A DNA stretch of 64,000 nt from Myxococcales bacterium. Its GTDB lineage: Bacteria; Myxococcota_A; Bradymonadia; UBA7976; UBA1532. The position numbers and the translations under genes were made by a program. The notes under the pieces are model-generated. The model made no database searches. It saw nothing but the letters and a program-made list of their open reading frames with translations, and had not been told where the DNA came from. Each line of letters starts with the position of its first letter. The stretch's first letter is position 1. Shown in pieces: positions 42,604 through 52,072 of this stretch. The stretch covers positions 517,359 through 581,358 of the forward strand of contig JACKDP010000001.1 in assembly GCA_020633435.1 (NCBI GenBank). The letters run 5' to 3'.

Positions 42604-44427
42604 ATGTCGAAGAAGACGAAGCTGGAACTGACCTGGATCGGCAAGGACAAGCGGCCCCGCCTGGAGCCGCGCATCCTGCTCGAAGATCCCGAACTGAGCT
42701 ACGCCGCCGACCATCGGGTTCGGCAGGGCGACATCTTCGACAACATGCTGATCCACGGAGACAACCTGCTGGCTTTGAAGGCGCTGGAGCAGGACTTCAC
42801 CGGCGCCTTCAAGTGCGTCTACATCGACCCTCCGTTCAACACCCAGCAGGCGTTTGAGCACTACGACGATGGCGTGGAGCACTCGGTCTGGCTGTCACTC
42901 ATGCGCGAGCGCCTCTCCATCGTCCACCGGCTCATGCACCCCGAGGGGACGCTGTTCGTCCACATCGACGACAACGAGCTTGGCTACCTGATCGTCCTCC
43001 TCGACGAGGTGTTCGGGCGCACCAACCGCGTGTCCATCGTCACATTCAAGCAGGGCTCGGCGACCGGCCACAAGGCCATCAACCCCGGCTGCGTGACGAC
43101 CACGAACTTCGTGCTGATGTACGCCAAGGACAAGGCAGCCTGGAAGCCGCGGAGGGTCTTCACGGCTAGGGAGCGAGACAATCGCTACAACCAGTTCATT
43201 CCGAACATCGGCGACCACCACTCCAAGTGGCGAATCGTGACGCTGATGACCGCCTTCGCCGCCAGCCAGGGGGTCACGGAGACACAGGCCAGGGGTCTGG
43301 CTCGCAAGCAGCCCGACCAACTGGACGAGTTCGTGAAGGACAACGGGCCGAGCGTGGTGCGTCTCGCAAGGCCGTCCTACGACGCCGTCAGCAAGGCTGC
43401 CCAGGCGCTCATCGACGAGTCGAACGCGAACCCCGAAGTGGTGTTCCACCTCCCGCGGGAGGGGCACAAGGACTTCTACTTCATCCGGGGCGAACGAATC
43501 CTGTTCTACAAGGACAAGCTCAGGGAGATCGACGGGCAGTACGTTGCGGGTGAGCCGCTCACGACGCTCTGGGACGACCTCCTCTCCAACAACTTGCACA
43601 ACGAAGGTGGGGTCAGCTTCCCCAAGGGGAAGAAGCCCGAAGCCCTGATCAAGAGGGTCATCGACCTGTCCACCGAGCCCGGTGACTGGGTGCTCGACTC
43701 GTTCGCAGGCTCGGGCACGACGGGGGCGGTGGCCCACAAGGCCGGTCGAAGGTGGGTGATGGTCGAACTCGGTGACCACTGCCATACCCATGTCCTTCCC
43801 CGGCTCCGAGCGGTTATTGACGGGGCCGATTCCAGCGGGAGCACGCAGGCAACCCGATGGAAAGGCGGCGGCGGCTTCCGCTTCTGCCGCCTCGCGCCCT
43901 CCCTACTGGAGGAGGACAAGTGGGGCAACTGGGTCATCAACCGGGCCTACAACAAGGAGATGCTGGCGGAGGCCATGTGCAAGATCGAGGGCTTCCGCTA
44001 CGAGCCGAGCCCGACCATCTTCTGGATGCACGGCCAGTCCACCGAGACGGACTACCTCTACGTCACCACGCAGACCCTGACCCACGAGCAGTTGCAGGTC
44101 ATCAGCGCGGAGGTCGGTGACGAGCGCACGTTGCTCATCTGCTGCTCGGCCTTCCGAGCGCGGCTCGACCAGTTCCCGAACCTCACGGTGAAGAAGATCC
44201 CCGCAGCGGTGCTCGAACGCTGCGAGTGGGGCAAGGACGACTACTCGCTGAACGTCCAGACGGTCATGGGAGAGGAGCCCGAGGCGCCCGAGCCTGAACC
44301 CGACCAGTCCGCGGGCGCCACCGTGCCGCCGCCATCGTCGAAGAAGCGCAAGGGCCGCAAGCCGAAGATGCAGGAGTTGCCGCTGTTCGCCGCGGCCCAC
44401 CATGGCAAGTCGGGAGGTGACCAGTGA
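42604..44427 (+). CDS. Type III R-M Mod-like N6-adenine DNA methyltransferase
   Basis: DPPF motif (CVYIDPPFNT) precedes the SAM motif (VLDSFAGSGTTG). Confidence 0.85.
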   Translation: MSKKTKLELTWIGKDKRPRLEPRILLEDPELSYAADHRVRQGDIFDNMLIHGDNLLALKALEQDFTGAFKCVYIDPPFNTQQAFEHYDDGVEHSVWLSLMRERLSIVHRLMHPEGTLFVHIDDNELGYLIVLLDEVFGRTNRVSIVTFKQGSATGHKAINPGCVTTTNFVLMYAKDKAAWKPRRVFTARERDNRYNQFIPNIGDHHSKWRIVTLMTAFAASQGVTETQARGLARKQPDQLDEFVKDNGPSVVRLARPSYDAVSKAAQALIDESNANPEVVFHLPREGHKDFYFIRGERILFYKDKLREIDGQYVAGEPLTTLWDDLLSNNLHNEGGVSFPKGKKPEALIKRVIDLSTEPGDWVLDSFAGSGTTGAVAHKAGRRWVMVELGDHCHTHVLPRLRAVIDGADSSGSTQATRWKGGGGFRFCRLAPSLLEEDKWGNWVINRAYNKEMLAEAMCKIEGFRYEPSPTIFWMHGQSTETDYLYVTTQTLTHEQLQVISAEVGDERTLLICCSAFRARLDQFPNLTVKKIPAAVLERCEWGKDDYSLNVQTVMGEEPEAPEPEPDQSAGATVPPPSSKKRKGRKPKMQELPLFAAAHHGKSGGDQ

Positions 44428-47400
44428 ACCGCCTCGTCAACACCATCTCGGGTCGTCTGAGCCTCCGGCCCCCGCAGCGCCAGTCGCTGGAGATCCTCGA
44501 CCGCATCTGCGAGATCGCTGACCCGACCAAGGCGACCGATCTCGCAACCGCGCTCGGGATCATCAAGTCCGAGTACCCGTCGGTCACCGACTTCGAGCGG
44601 GACTTCCCCTCGCTGTGCTTCGCCCTCGCCACCGGCGTCGGCAAGACCCGGCTCATGGGCGCCTTCATCAGCTACCTCTACCTGACCAAGCGAAGCCGCC
44701 ACTTCTTCGTGCTGGCGCCCAACCTGACCATCTACAACAAGCTGATCGCCGACTTCACCCCCGGCACGCCCAAGTACGTCTTCCAGGGGATCTCGGAGTT
44801 CGTGACCGCCCCGCCGGTCATCATCACCGGCGACAACTACGAGAGCGGCGTCGGCGTCCGAGAGGAGGCCCGGCGCCAGATGGGCCTGTTCCGGCCCGGC
44901 GGCGAGGATGCCGTCCACATCAACGTCTTCAACATCAGCAAGTTCAACAAGGACACGGGGGGCAGGAAGGGCTCGCCCAGGATGCGGCGCCTGTCGGAGT
45001 ACATCGGTGAGAGCTACTTCGACTACCTGGCCGGGCTCGACGACCTGGTGGTGCTCATGGACGAGGCCCACCGCTACCGCGCCGACGCGGGTATGAAGGC
45101 CATCAACGAGTTGAAGCCCATCTTGGGCCTGGAGTTGACGGCGACCCCCTTCACCGAGTCGGCGAAGGGGCCGGTGGCCTTCGGCAACGCCATCTACGCC
45201 TACTCGCTGGCCGAGGCCATCGTGGACGGGTTCGTGAAGGAGCCCGCGGTCGCCACCCGCAAGGACTTCGACGCCAGCCAACTCGACGACGCGAAGTTGG
45301 AACGCATCAAGCTGGAGGACGGCGTGCGCTTGCACGAGCAGGTCAAGGCCGACCTCCAAGCCTACGCCGCCAACACCGGGCGCCCCTACGTCAAGCCGTT
45401 CATGCTGGTCATCGCCCGCGACACGACGCACGCCTCGGCCCTGATCGACCTGTTCAAGTCCGAGACGTTCTTCGAGGGGCGCTACGCCGACCGCGTGATC
45501 GAGGTTCACTCGGCCCTCAAGGGCGAGGAGAAGGAGGAGACGGTTGAGCGGCTGCTGGCCGTGGAAGACCCCGCCGAGCAGACGGAGATCGTCATCCACG
45601 TCAACATGCTCAAGGAGGGGTGGGACGTAACGAACCTCTACACCATCGTCCCGCTGCGGGCCGCCAACGCCCGCACCCTCATCGAGCAGTCCATCGGTCG
45701 CGGCCTGCGGCTGCCCTACGGCAAGCGTGTCCGCAAGTACGGCCTGCCCCCCACCCACCCTGCCGACCGGCTCACCATCGTCGCCCACGACAAGTTCCAA
45801 GAGATCGTGGACGAGGCCAACCGCGGTGACTCCATCATCCGCCGCATCGACACCATCTACATCGACCCGGAGGAGGCCGCCGACGCTCCGAAGCCGGTCG
45901 AGGTGCCCCCGCTGGTCGAGCAGATTCTTGGCGGAGCCGACCGGCCTACGGTGCCGGGCCTCGGCCCCGCCCCCGCGGGTGACCCGGCCCAGGGCACCGC
46001 CCCCACCCTGCCGACCAAGAAGACGCCGACGTTCCTGACGCCCACGGCGAAGGCGGTGGCGAAGGCGACGCTGACGGCGATCACCAAGAAGACCACGTTG
46101 CCGTCGGCGAAGACGCTTCTGCAACCGGAGCAGCAGAAGAAGCTGGTCGAGGAGGTGAAGGCGCAACTTCCCGACCAGCAGGAGCTACCGGGCATCGAGT
46201 CGGAGATCGAGGAGGTCGTCAAGCAGGCCACCGAAGCCTACGTTGACCTCTCCATCGACATCCCCGAGGTGACCGTCGTGCCCACCGGCGAGGTCACCAT
46301 CGTCTACGCCGACTTCGACCTCGACACGTCCAAGCTGCCTGCGCTCCAGCCCGTCGAGCGGGACATCTACATCCAACACCTGGCGAGCCACGAGCAGCAG
46401 CAGTTGTCTTCCGGCGGTGGTGGTGTCGGCTACGAGCGGCGCCTGGAAGATCACGTTGTCCGGGCGCTCATCGACTTCGACGACGTGGACTACGACGGCA
46501 ACGCCGACCTGCTCTACAAGCTCGCGGGCCAGATGGTCGCCCACCTCCAGGGCTACCTGCCCGACGAGGAGGCCGTGAAGAACGTGCTGGTCTACTACCA
46601 GTCGCGGATCGGCAACCTCGTCCACGGCCAGATGCTGGCCCACCGGCACGAGTTGACGACCGGCTACGAGGTGAAGGTGCTGTCCGGGCACCGTCCGCTC
46701 CAGCCCTCGGTGATCAAGCTCAAGCCGAGCGAGTCCCCCCGGAACTTCCGGGCGCCGGTGGACGACAAGCGCCGCATCCCGCAGATGGTGTTCGGCGGCT
46801 TCTCGAAGTGCTTGTACCCGCTCCAGAAGTTCCACTCGGACTCGGAGCGCCGGTTCGCGGTGCTGCTGGAGATGGACAAGGCCGTGCAGAAGTGGGTGAA
46901 GCCTGCGCGGGCGAACTTCCAGATCGTCCTCAAGGGCGGCTCGCTCTACGAGCCGGACTTCGTGGTCGAGGCCGACGACGCCTTCTACATCGCCGAGGTC
47001 AAGGCCGAGGGCATGGTGCAGGAGGCCGACGTGCTGGCGAAGGCCGAGGCCGCCGCGGTGTGGTGCAGGTCGGCGACGCAGGAGGGGGCGGGCGCCAAGC
47101 CCTGGCACTACCTGCTCATCCCCGCGGACAAGATCGCCGAGAACGCCTCGTTGGCGTGGCTGGCGAAGCAGTACGAGCACAAGGCCAGCGCCCCCGCCGA
47201 GGTCGTGTCCGAGGACGCGGGCGCCAAGGTGCTGCCGTTCAAGAAGCTGGAGGGCACGGAGATCAGGCCCTTCGAGAACTGCGTGCCGCTCTACGCCGAC
47301 CTCAGGATCGCCGCGGGCCGCTTCGGCGAGGAGCTGGCCGTGGACGCGGTGCCCCAGCAGGGCGAGGTGGAGAACCCCGAGGACTACGAGTGGGTCGCCT

Positions 47401-47744
47401 ACCGGGGGAGTTCCCGGCCCCGTCGCGGCCTGTTCGTAGCCCAGGTGGTCGGCGAGTCCATGAACAAGCGCATCCCCAACGGCGCCTGGTGCGTGTTCAA
47501 CCTCGAACACGGGGCCGATGGCGAAGGTGAGATCGTCCTCGCCCGGCACGACGAGATCCACGACGGCGACCTCGGCCAGTTCACCGTGAAGTTCTACCAG
47601 CGCGAGGTGCTCGACGACGACGGCGTGCGGATCACGCTGCGGCCCTCGTCCAGCGACCCGCAGTTCAAGAAGCCCATCGTGCTGGAGAACCTGGCCGAGG
47701 GCGACCTGCGGATCGTGGCCGAGTTCGTCGAGGTGCTGCGGTAG
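44424..47744 (+). CDS. Type III Res-like helicase-endonuclease fused to a LexA/UmuD-like S24 domain
   Basis: 1106 aa: Walker A (ATGVGKTRL), DEAH (VLMDEAHRY), PD-(D/E)xK-like nuclease motif (EPDFVVEADDAFYIAEVKAEG), then about 150 aa resembling an S24 peptidase (GESM, TVKF); GTG overlaps Mod stop. Confidence 0.8.
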   Translation: MNRLVNTISGRLSLRPPQRQSLEILDRICEIADPTKATDLATALGIIKSEYPSVTDFERDFPSLCFALATGVGKTRLMGAFISYLYLTKRSRHFFVLAPNLTIYNKLIADFTPGTPKYVFQGISEFVTAPPVIITGDNYESGVGVREEARRQMGLFRPGGEDAVHINVFNISKFNKDTGGRKGSPRMRRLSEYIGESYFDYLAGLDDLVVLMDEAHRYRADAGMKAINELKPILGLELTATPFTESAKGPVAFGNAIYAYSLAEAIVDGFVKEPAVATRKDFDASQLDDAKLERIKLEDGVRLHEQVKADLQAYAANTGRPYVKPFMLVIARDTTHASALIDLFKSETFFEGRYADRVIEVHSALKGEEKEETVERLLAVEDPAEQTEIVIHVNMLKEGWDVTNLYTIVPLRAANARTLIEQSIGRGLRLPYGKRVRKYGLPPTHPADRLTIVAHDKFQEIVDEANRGDSIIRRIDTIYIDPEEAADAPKPVEVPPLVEQILGGADRPTVPGLGPAPAGDPAQGTAPTLPTKKTPTFLTPTAKAVAKATLTAITKKTTLPSAKTLLQPEQQKKLVEEVKAQLPDQQELPGIESEIEEVVKQATEAYVDLSIDIPEVTVVPTGEVTIVYADFDLDTSKLPALQPVERDIYIQHLASHEQQQLSSGGGGVGYERRLEDHVVRALIDFDDVDYDGNADLLYKLAGQMVAHLQGYLPDEEAVKNVLVYYQSRIGNLVHGQMLAHRHELTTGYEVKVLSGHRPLQPSVIKLKPSESPRNFRAPVDDKRRIPQMVFGGFSKCLYPLQKFHSDSERRFAVLLEMDKAVQKWVKPARANFQIVLKGGSLYEPDFVVEADDAFYIAEVKAEGMVQEADVLAKAEAAAVWCRSATQEGAGAKPWHYLLIPADKIAENASLAWLAKQYEHKASAPAEVVSEDAGAKVLPFKKLEGTEIRPFENCVPLYADLRIAAGRFGEELAVDAVPQQGEVENPEDYEWVAYRGSSRPRRGLFVAQVVGESMNKRIPNGAWCVFNLEHGADGEGEIVLARHDEIHDGDLGQFTVKFYQREVLDDDGVRITLRPSSSDPQFKKPIVLENLAEGDLRIVAEFVEVLR

Positions 47745-47766
47745 ACCGGCATGTAGGAGAAAGGAC

Positions 47767-48168
47767 GTGAAGCAAGAGAACCTTGACGACCTCGTCGCCG
47801 CGGTGCTGGCCGTCAACAGCTACTCCATCGAGAAGGCGTGGGCGCTTCTCCCAAAGCTGCGTGAGGCAGGGCTGACGACGCCTGTGACCTTCCCTACGGA
47901 TCTCGGACCGGCGACCGTCAAGCTCGCGTCGGCGGGGTACGACCGCGGGTTGCTCACGGAGATGTTCGCCAAGCGCCTGCTCGGCCTCATGCAGGAGGCC
48001 GGGTCCGGGGCGCTGGACGAACTGGACGCCTTCGTCGAGGCCGACCGCAAGGACGACGCGGTGGCTCTGCTGGTGACCGTGCCGGGGATCGGCCCGAAGG
48101 TGGCCCGGACCGCCTGGGAGTTGCTCCGTTCGGGACGGGGCGCAGCGGGCGCAGCGAGCAAATCCTGA
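47767..48168 (+). CDS. small hypothetical protein with helix-hairpin-helix-like motif
   Basis: GTG with AGGAGA RBS; VTVPGIGPKVA resembles an HhH. Confidence 0.45.
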   Translation: MKQENLDDLVAAVLAVNSYSIEKAWALLPKLREAGLTTPVTFPTDLGPATVKLASAGYDRGLLTEMFAKRLLGLMQEAGSGALDELDAFVEADRKDDAVALLVTVPGIGPKVARTAWELLRSGRGAAGAASKS

Positions 48169-48245
48169 TCCCTTAGTTTCGAGCATTACTTGGGGTGAGG
48201 GATTTGCTCGCTTGCCTGGGTAGCGTGCCTCGCAGGAGGTGCAAC

Positions 48246-49553
48246 ATGCCCAACTTCCCGAGCCGCATCGACATCGCCAACTCGCCCGAGTATTTCCCGA
48301 TCACGGCGCTCATCGCCGCGGGCCTGTGGCCCGACCTGACTCCGCCCGCCAAGGCCCTGCTGCCCGTCCTGTGGGACTTCCACCGGGAGTACCCCGACGC
48401 CTGCCACCCGAACCGGAAGACCCTCGCCCGGCTGTCGGGCATCAGCCCGCCCTCCGTGTCGAACGCCCTGACGGTGCTGGAGGACATCGGCATCGTGCAG
48501 ACGATCCAGACGCCGGGGCCGAGGCCGAACACCTACAAGCTCAAGTGGACGAATCTCCGGGCGCCGAAGAAGGCTGCCGCCGACACCGGATCGCCCTACC
48601 GGCGTCCGAGTGCGGACTGGGAACTGCACATGGGGACTGACGCCGAGGGCCATGCGGTCGCCAAGTACGAGCGCAAGGGGGGTGGGCTCCACCGCATGTC
48701 CGACGGCTGCTTCATCCGGGGCCAGGTCGAGATGGTGATCCACGACCTGCTCGTGGCCTGGGGCGTTCCCCACTGGTCGGAGGTCGGGTACTGCGACCTC
48801 GGCATCAAGCTCCGGCACGCGAAGTCCGGCGACCTCAACCGGCAGGCCACCGTGGACTTCGTGGTGGCGCCGGGCTTGCTCGTCGAGCGCCTCGGCCTGC
48901 CAGCGACCCAGGGGTCGGCGAAGAAGTACCGGGCCAAGTCCGCCGCGAAGATGAAGGCCGCCCGGAAGGCCGGGTGGACGGTGCTGACCATCGAGCCTGA
49001 CCAGCGGCCCGGCGACTGGCTGCTGGAGCCCATCAGGAAGGCGTGGGCCGACGCGACCATCGACGAGGCGACCCGCCTCCGGCGGCTCCTCCAAGGCGCT
49101 GGGAAGCACGAGGAGTCGCACGGTCCGAGCCGGAAGCTCGACGCCCACATCGAAGATGCGAAGGCCCGGCTGGCGGGCAAGAAGGAGCCCCGCAAGAGCC
49201 GCGGCCTGACCATGCAGAAGCGCGGCGAACATGGGTTCCCCGTGACGTACCGCTGCGACCCCATCATCGTGCTGATGGAGCAGGCCCGCCCCGCACCCGA
49301 GCCCGAGGATGACCTCGACGACTGGTTCGACGAGGTGCCGAGCGCCTACGAGCCGCAGCGCCCGCCCGACCTGCCCGCTCCCGACGAGAGGATGCTCGGG
49401 CGGCTCCGCGACCTGGACGACGAGATCGCCGACCTCGACGACCAGATGGCGGCCCTCGACGATGACAGCGACGACTACCAGGCCCTGCTGACGCAGAAGT
49501 GGGAACTCGAAGGGAAGAAGGGCGACCTGGAGGCCCAGTGCTACATGCGGTGA
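48246..49553 (+). CDS. hypothetical protein with N-terminal winged-helix-like region (possible replication/maintenance function)
   Basis: AGGAGG RBS before ATG 48246; HTH-like NRKTLARLSGISPPSVSNALTVLEDIGIV; acidic C-terminal tail. Confidence 0.45.
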   Translation: MPNFPSRIDIANSPEYFPITALIAAGLWPDLTPPAKALLPVLWDFHREYPDACHPNRKTLARLSGISPPSVSNALTVLEDIGIVQTIQTPGPRPNTYKLKWTNLRAPKKAAADTGSPYRRPSADWELHMGTDAEGHAVAKYERKGGGLHRMSDGCFIRGQVEMVIHDLLVAWGVPHWSEVGYCDLGIKLRHAKSGDLNRQATVDFVVAPGLLVERLGLPATQGSAKKYRAKSAAKMKAARKAGWTVLTIEPDQRPGDWLLEPIRKAWADATIDEATRLRRLLQGAGKHEESHGPSRKLDAHIEDAKARLAGKKEPRKSRGLTMQKRGEHGFPVTYRCDPIIVLMEQARPAPEPEDDLDDWFDEVPSAYEPQRPPDLPAPDERMLGRLRDLDDEIADLDDQMAALDDDSDDYQALLTQKWELEGKKGDLEAQCYMR

Positions 49554-49744
49554 GGGTGCCTCGACGCGGTGCCCGCTTCGGCCTCCCGCTCGCGCACGAC
49601 CGCTTCGAGGTCGTACCGGACGGCGCCGCGGAGCCTCACCACGGGGATCTGCCCGTCCCGAGTCATGCGGCGGACCGTCGAGAGGCTCACGCCGAGGGCG
49701 TCTGCAAGCTCCGTGGCGGTGAGCAGGCGGTGCATGTTGCTCAT
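49541..49744 (-). CDS. excisionase-family HTH protein
   Basis: 67 aa from ATG with GGGGAGG RBS; LLTATELADALGVSLSTVRRMTRDGQIPVVRLRGAVRY. Confidence 0.6.
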   Translation of the reverse strand: MSNMHRLLTATELADALGVSLSTVRRMTRDGQIPVVRLRGAVRYDLEAVVREREAEAGTASRHPHRM

Positions 49745-49990
49745 GTTGGCCTCCCCGGAAGTCGAGTCCATGCACAGATCGCGGCCCATAGGACGACCAA
49801 CCGGGTCGAAACGGTCAGCGACGGTCACACAGTCGCCGCCGCGGCCTCGGGGCGTCCAGAACCGTCGCTGCGGATGGTTCTCGCCGGGCCAACCGTGGGG
49901 GTTGGGACGCCGAACGGTGGGGGTTGGCCGAAGGTAGGTGGATTCGGCCCGGTGCGGCCCGCGGGGTTGTGGCCCGCGGACATGCGCGGT

Positions 49991-50629
49991 TCAGCGGGCT
50001 TCGGCGACGGCGACTTCTGGCCCACCCACCGGACGGGCCTCGGCGAGCCTGCGTCGCAGGGTCGTCCGCGGGAGGCCGAGCATGTCGGCGACCTCGCGGA
50101 CGCTGTGCCCTTGGGCGATGAGGGCCTGGGCTGCACGAAGGTCGAGGCCACGCCGCGGGCGCCCGAACTTCACGCCACGCTCGCGGGCGCGAGCGACGCC
50201 TGCCTGGACGCGCTCTTGGATCAGGGCGTGCTCAAGTTCGGCGACCACCGCGGCGAGCGTGAACAGCGCCTTCCCGAGGGCGGTGGTCGTCTCGATGTTC
50301 TCCCTGACGGACACGAACTCGACCCTGCAACGGCGGAACTCGTCGAGGGCCTCCAGCAGGTGCTGGGTCGAGCGGGCGAACCTGTCGAACCGCCACACCA
50401 TCACCACGTCCACCTCGGCGCCGCGGACGGCGGCCATGAGGCCGTCCAGGCCGGGCCGGGCCTCGGTGGTGCCGGACACGCCGTCGTCGATGAACTCGTG
50501 AACGACCTGCCAGCCGCGCTGCGCGGCCACTCGGCGAAGGTCATCAAGCTGGAGCCCCACGTCCTGCCCGTGCCCGGCGGTGCTCACCCTGGCGTACAAC
50601 GCCGCCCGCGTCTTCCGGCTCGTCGCCAT
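49991..50629 (-). CDS. serine recombinase (resolvase/invertase family)
   Basis: AALYARVSTAGHGQD (catalytic Ser region), C-terminal HTH. Confidence 0.85.
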   Translation of the reverse strand: MATSRKTRAALYARVSTAGHGQDVGLQLDDLRRVAAQRGWQVVHEFIDDGVSGTTEARPGLDGLMAAVRGAEVDVVMVWRFDRFARSTQHLLEALDEFRRCRVEFVSVRENIETTTALGKALFTLAAVVAELEHALIQERVQAGVARARERGVKFGRPRRGLDLRAAQALIAQGHSVREVADMLGLPRTTLRRRLAEARPVGGPEVAVAEAR

Positions 50630-50690
50630 CCCGTCCTCCGCGTCGTCTCCCCCAACTACGGAGTGGGCCGGAAGTCTGAGCCCCGCGGGC

Positions 50691-50785
50691 TTCTGGCCCG
50701 GAGATTCTCGGGGGCGGGCGAGATTCTCCCTGATCGGGTTCTCGGCGTCTTGGCAGGCACCTTCCGCCGCGGGAAACGTCGCCAG
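50691..50785. repeat. three direct copies of GAGATTCTC, followed at about 50848-50882 by a palindrome CCGATC-N8-GATCGG
   Basis: Copies near 50691, 50710 and 50776, upstream of the serine recombinase gene. Confidence 0.5.
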
Positions 50786-51016
50786 CGAGATTCTCGACCG
50801 TCAGGATCGGTTCTTCGGCGAGAAGTTCCCTCTCCGGCGTGTCAGAACCGATTGAAAACCGATCTGGGTTCGGATCGGGGGGCGCGATCCGGGGACTCCG
50901 GGTCACGGACATTTTGCGACCGAGCGGGCCAACGGTCTGCGGCAGGGGGTTGACTCGGGCACACCCTCGGGCCAAGATGTATCCATTGGATACAGGGCGC
51001 CTGATGGCGCAGGGAG

Positions 51017-51298
51017 ATGGTGGTGAGAGAGTACACGGAGCCGGAAGGGGATGCGGCCCAGAACCTCGGCCAGTGGAGACGTGAGTGGGAAGAAATCCCC
51101 CCCTTCCCGTTCAGCGAGTATGACGCATCGGATCGAGCCGTTGACCGCCTCGTGGTGAACTTGCACCTGGCCCTCGACGAGGAGGACGAGATTCGAGAGG
51201 TGCTGGAGCACCTGCGATGCCTCGCTACCGACTACCACAAGTGGTCGGTTCGGGCGGGCAAGCTGCTGGAACACGTCGAAGCTCAGGCCCAACGGTAG
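51017..51298 (+). CDS. small hypothetical protein
   Basis: 93-aa acidic ORF, RBS-like GGGAG at the start. Confidence 0.35.
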   Translation: MVVREYTEPEGDAAQNLGQWRREWEEIPPFPFSEYDASDRAVDRLVVNLHLALDEEDEIREVLEHLRCLATDYHKWSVRAGKLLEHVEAQAQR

Positions 51299-51302
51299 AC
51301 TC

Positions 51303-51587
51303 GTGGCTACGTCCTCTCGGTCCAAGGAACTGCCGACCGGCGCCGAGCAAGTTCGCCTGATCTTGGCGGAACTCGGCTGGACGCATGAGGTGGCGGCGGA
51401 GCACCTCGGCGTGGGCCGCGTGACCGTCAGCCGGTGGGCGAGCGGCGCCCGCGACCCCGGCGAGCAGGTACTCCGGCACCTGCGGATGATCCATCACCTC
51501 CGGGGCCTGCTCGGCGACGACCTCTGGCAGCAGGCGATGGCCGACCTGGCGAGCAGTCAGGGCTCGGAGCGGGGAGCCGCCAAATGA
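51303..51587 (+). CDS. HTH DNA-binding protein
   Basis: AEQVRLILAELGWTHEVAAEHLGVGRVTVSRWASG, HTH-like. Confidence 0.5.
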   Translation: MATSSRSKELPTGAEQVRLILAELGWTHEVAAEHLGVGRVTVSRWASGARDPGEQVLRHLRMIHHLRGLLGDDLWQQAMADLASSQGSERGAAK

Positions 51588-52072
51588 CCGAACATGCGCA
51601 GCTCGACATCCCCGCCTTGGTGGAGGAGATCAACGCCGCCGAGGACGACCCGATGTGGAAGGCGTGGACGAAGGATCGCCTGCGGCTCCAAGACCAACTT
51701 CACGAGCTTCGCGCCGTCCGAGATGCTCTCGCCCGCAAGCTCCGGGCATTGGCGCCCACGACGCCGGGCGGGGACAAGAGGCCCATGACCCGGCGGGAGC
51801 AGCGGATGGCGATGGGCGGCGGCGGCCTGTGGCCGCTGGCCCAGGCTGCGGAGATGCTGCCCATGAAGGACAACGAGGCGAGGGGCTGGCTGCGCAACGA
51901 AGGGCTCGTCGGCGACCTGGCCGGGCGTGAGGTCGTGCATTGGGGCCGCGTGCTCGACGCGCCCTACGCCACGAAGGATGAGGCGCCGTCGGTGCCTGCG
52001 AAGCAGGAGACACGGCGCCGGAAGCCGCTCCCGCGGGTGCGCCTCGGTGGCTCGTCGGGGGCGTCACGATGA
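51584..52072 (+). CDS. hypothetical protein
   Basis: ATG overlaps the previous stop; stop overlaps the integrase start. Confidence 0.4.
   Translation: MTEHAQLDIPALVEEINAAEDDPMWKAWTKDRLRLQDQLHELRAVRDALARKLRALAPTTPGGDKRPMTRREQRMAMGGGGLWPLAQAAEMLPMKDNEARGWLRNEGLVGDLAGREVVHWGRVLDAPYATKDEAPSVPAKQETRRRKPLPRVRLGGSSGASR

Noticed and set aside
39546-47744. Classification as canonical DISARM or BREX
   Set aside because: No DUF1998 (DrmB), PLD nuclease (DrmC), PglZ or BrxC-like gene is present; the third gene has Res-type motifs.
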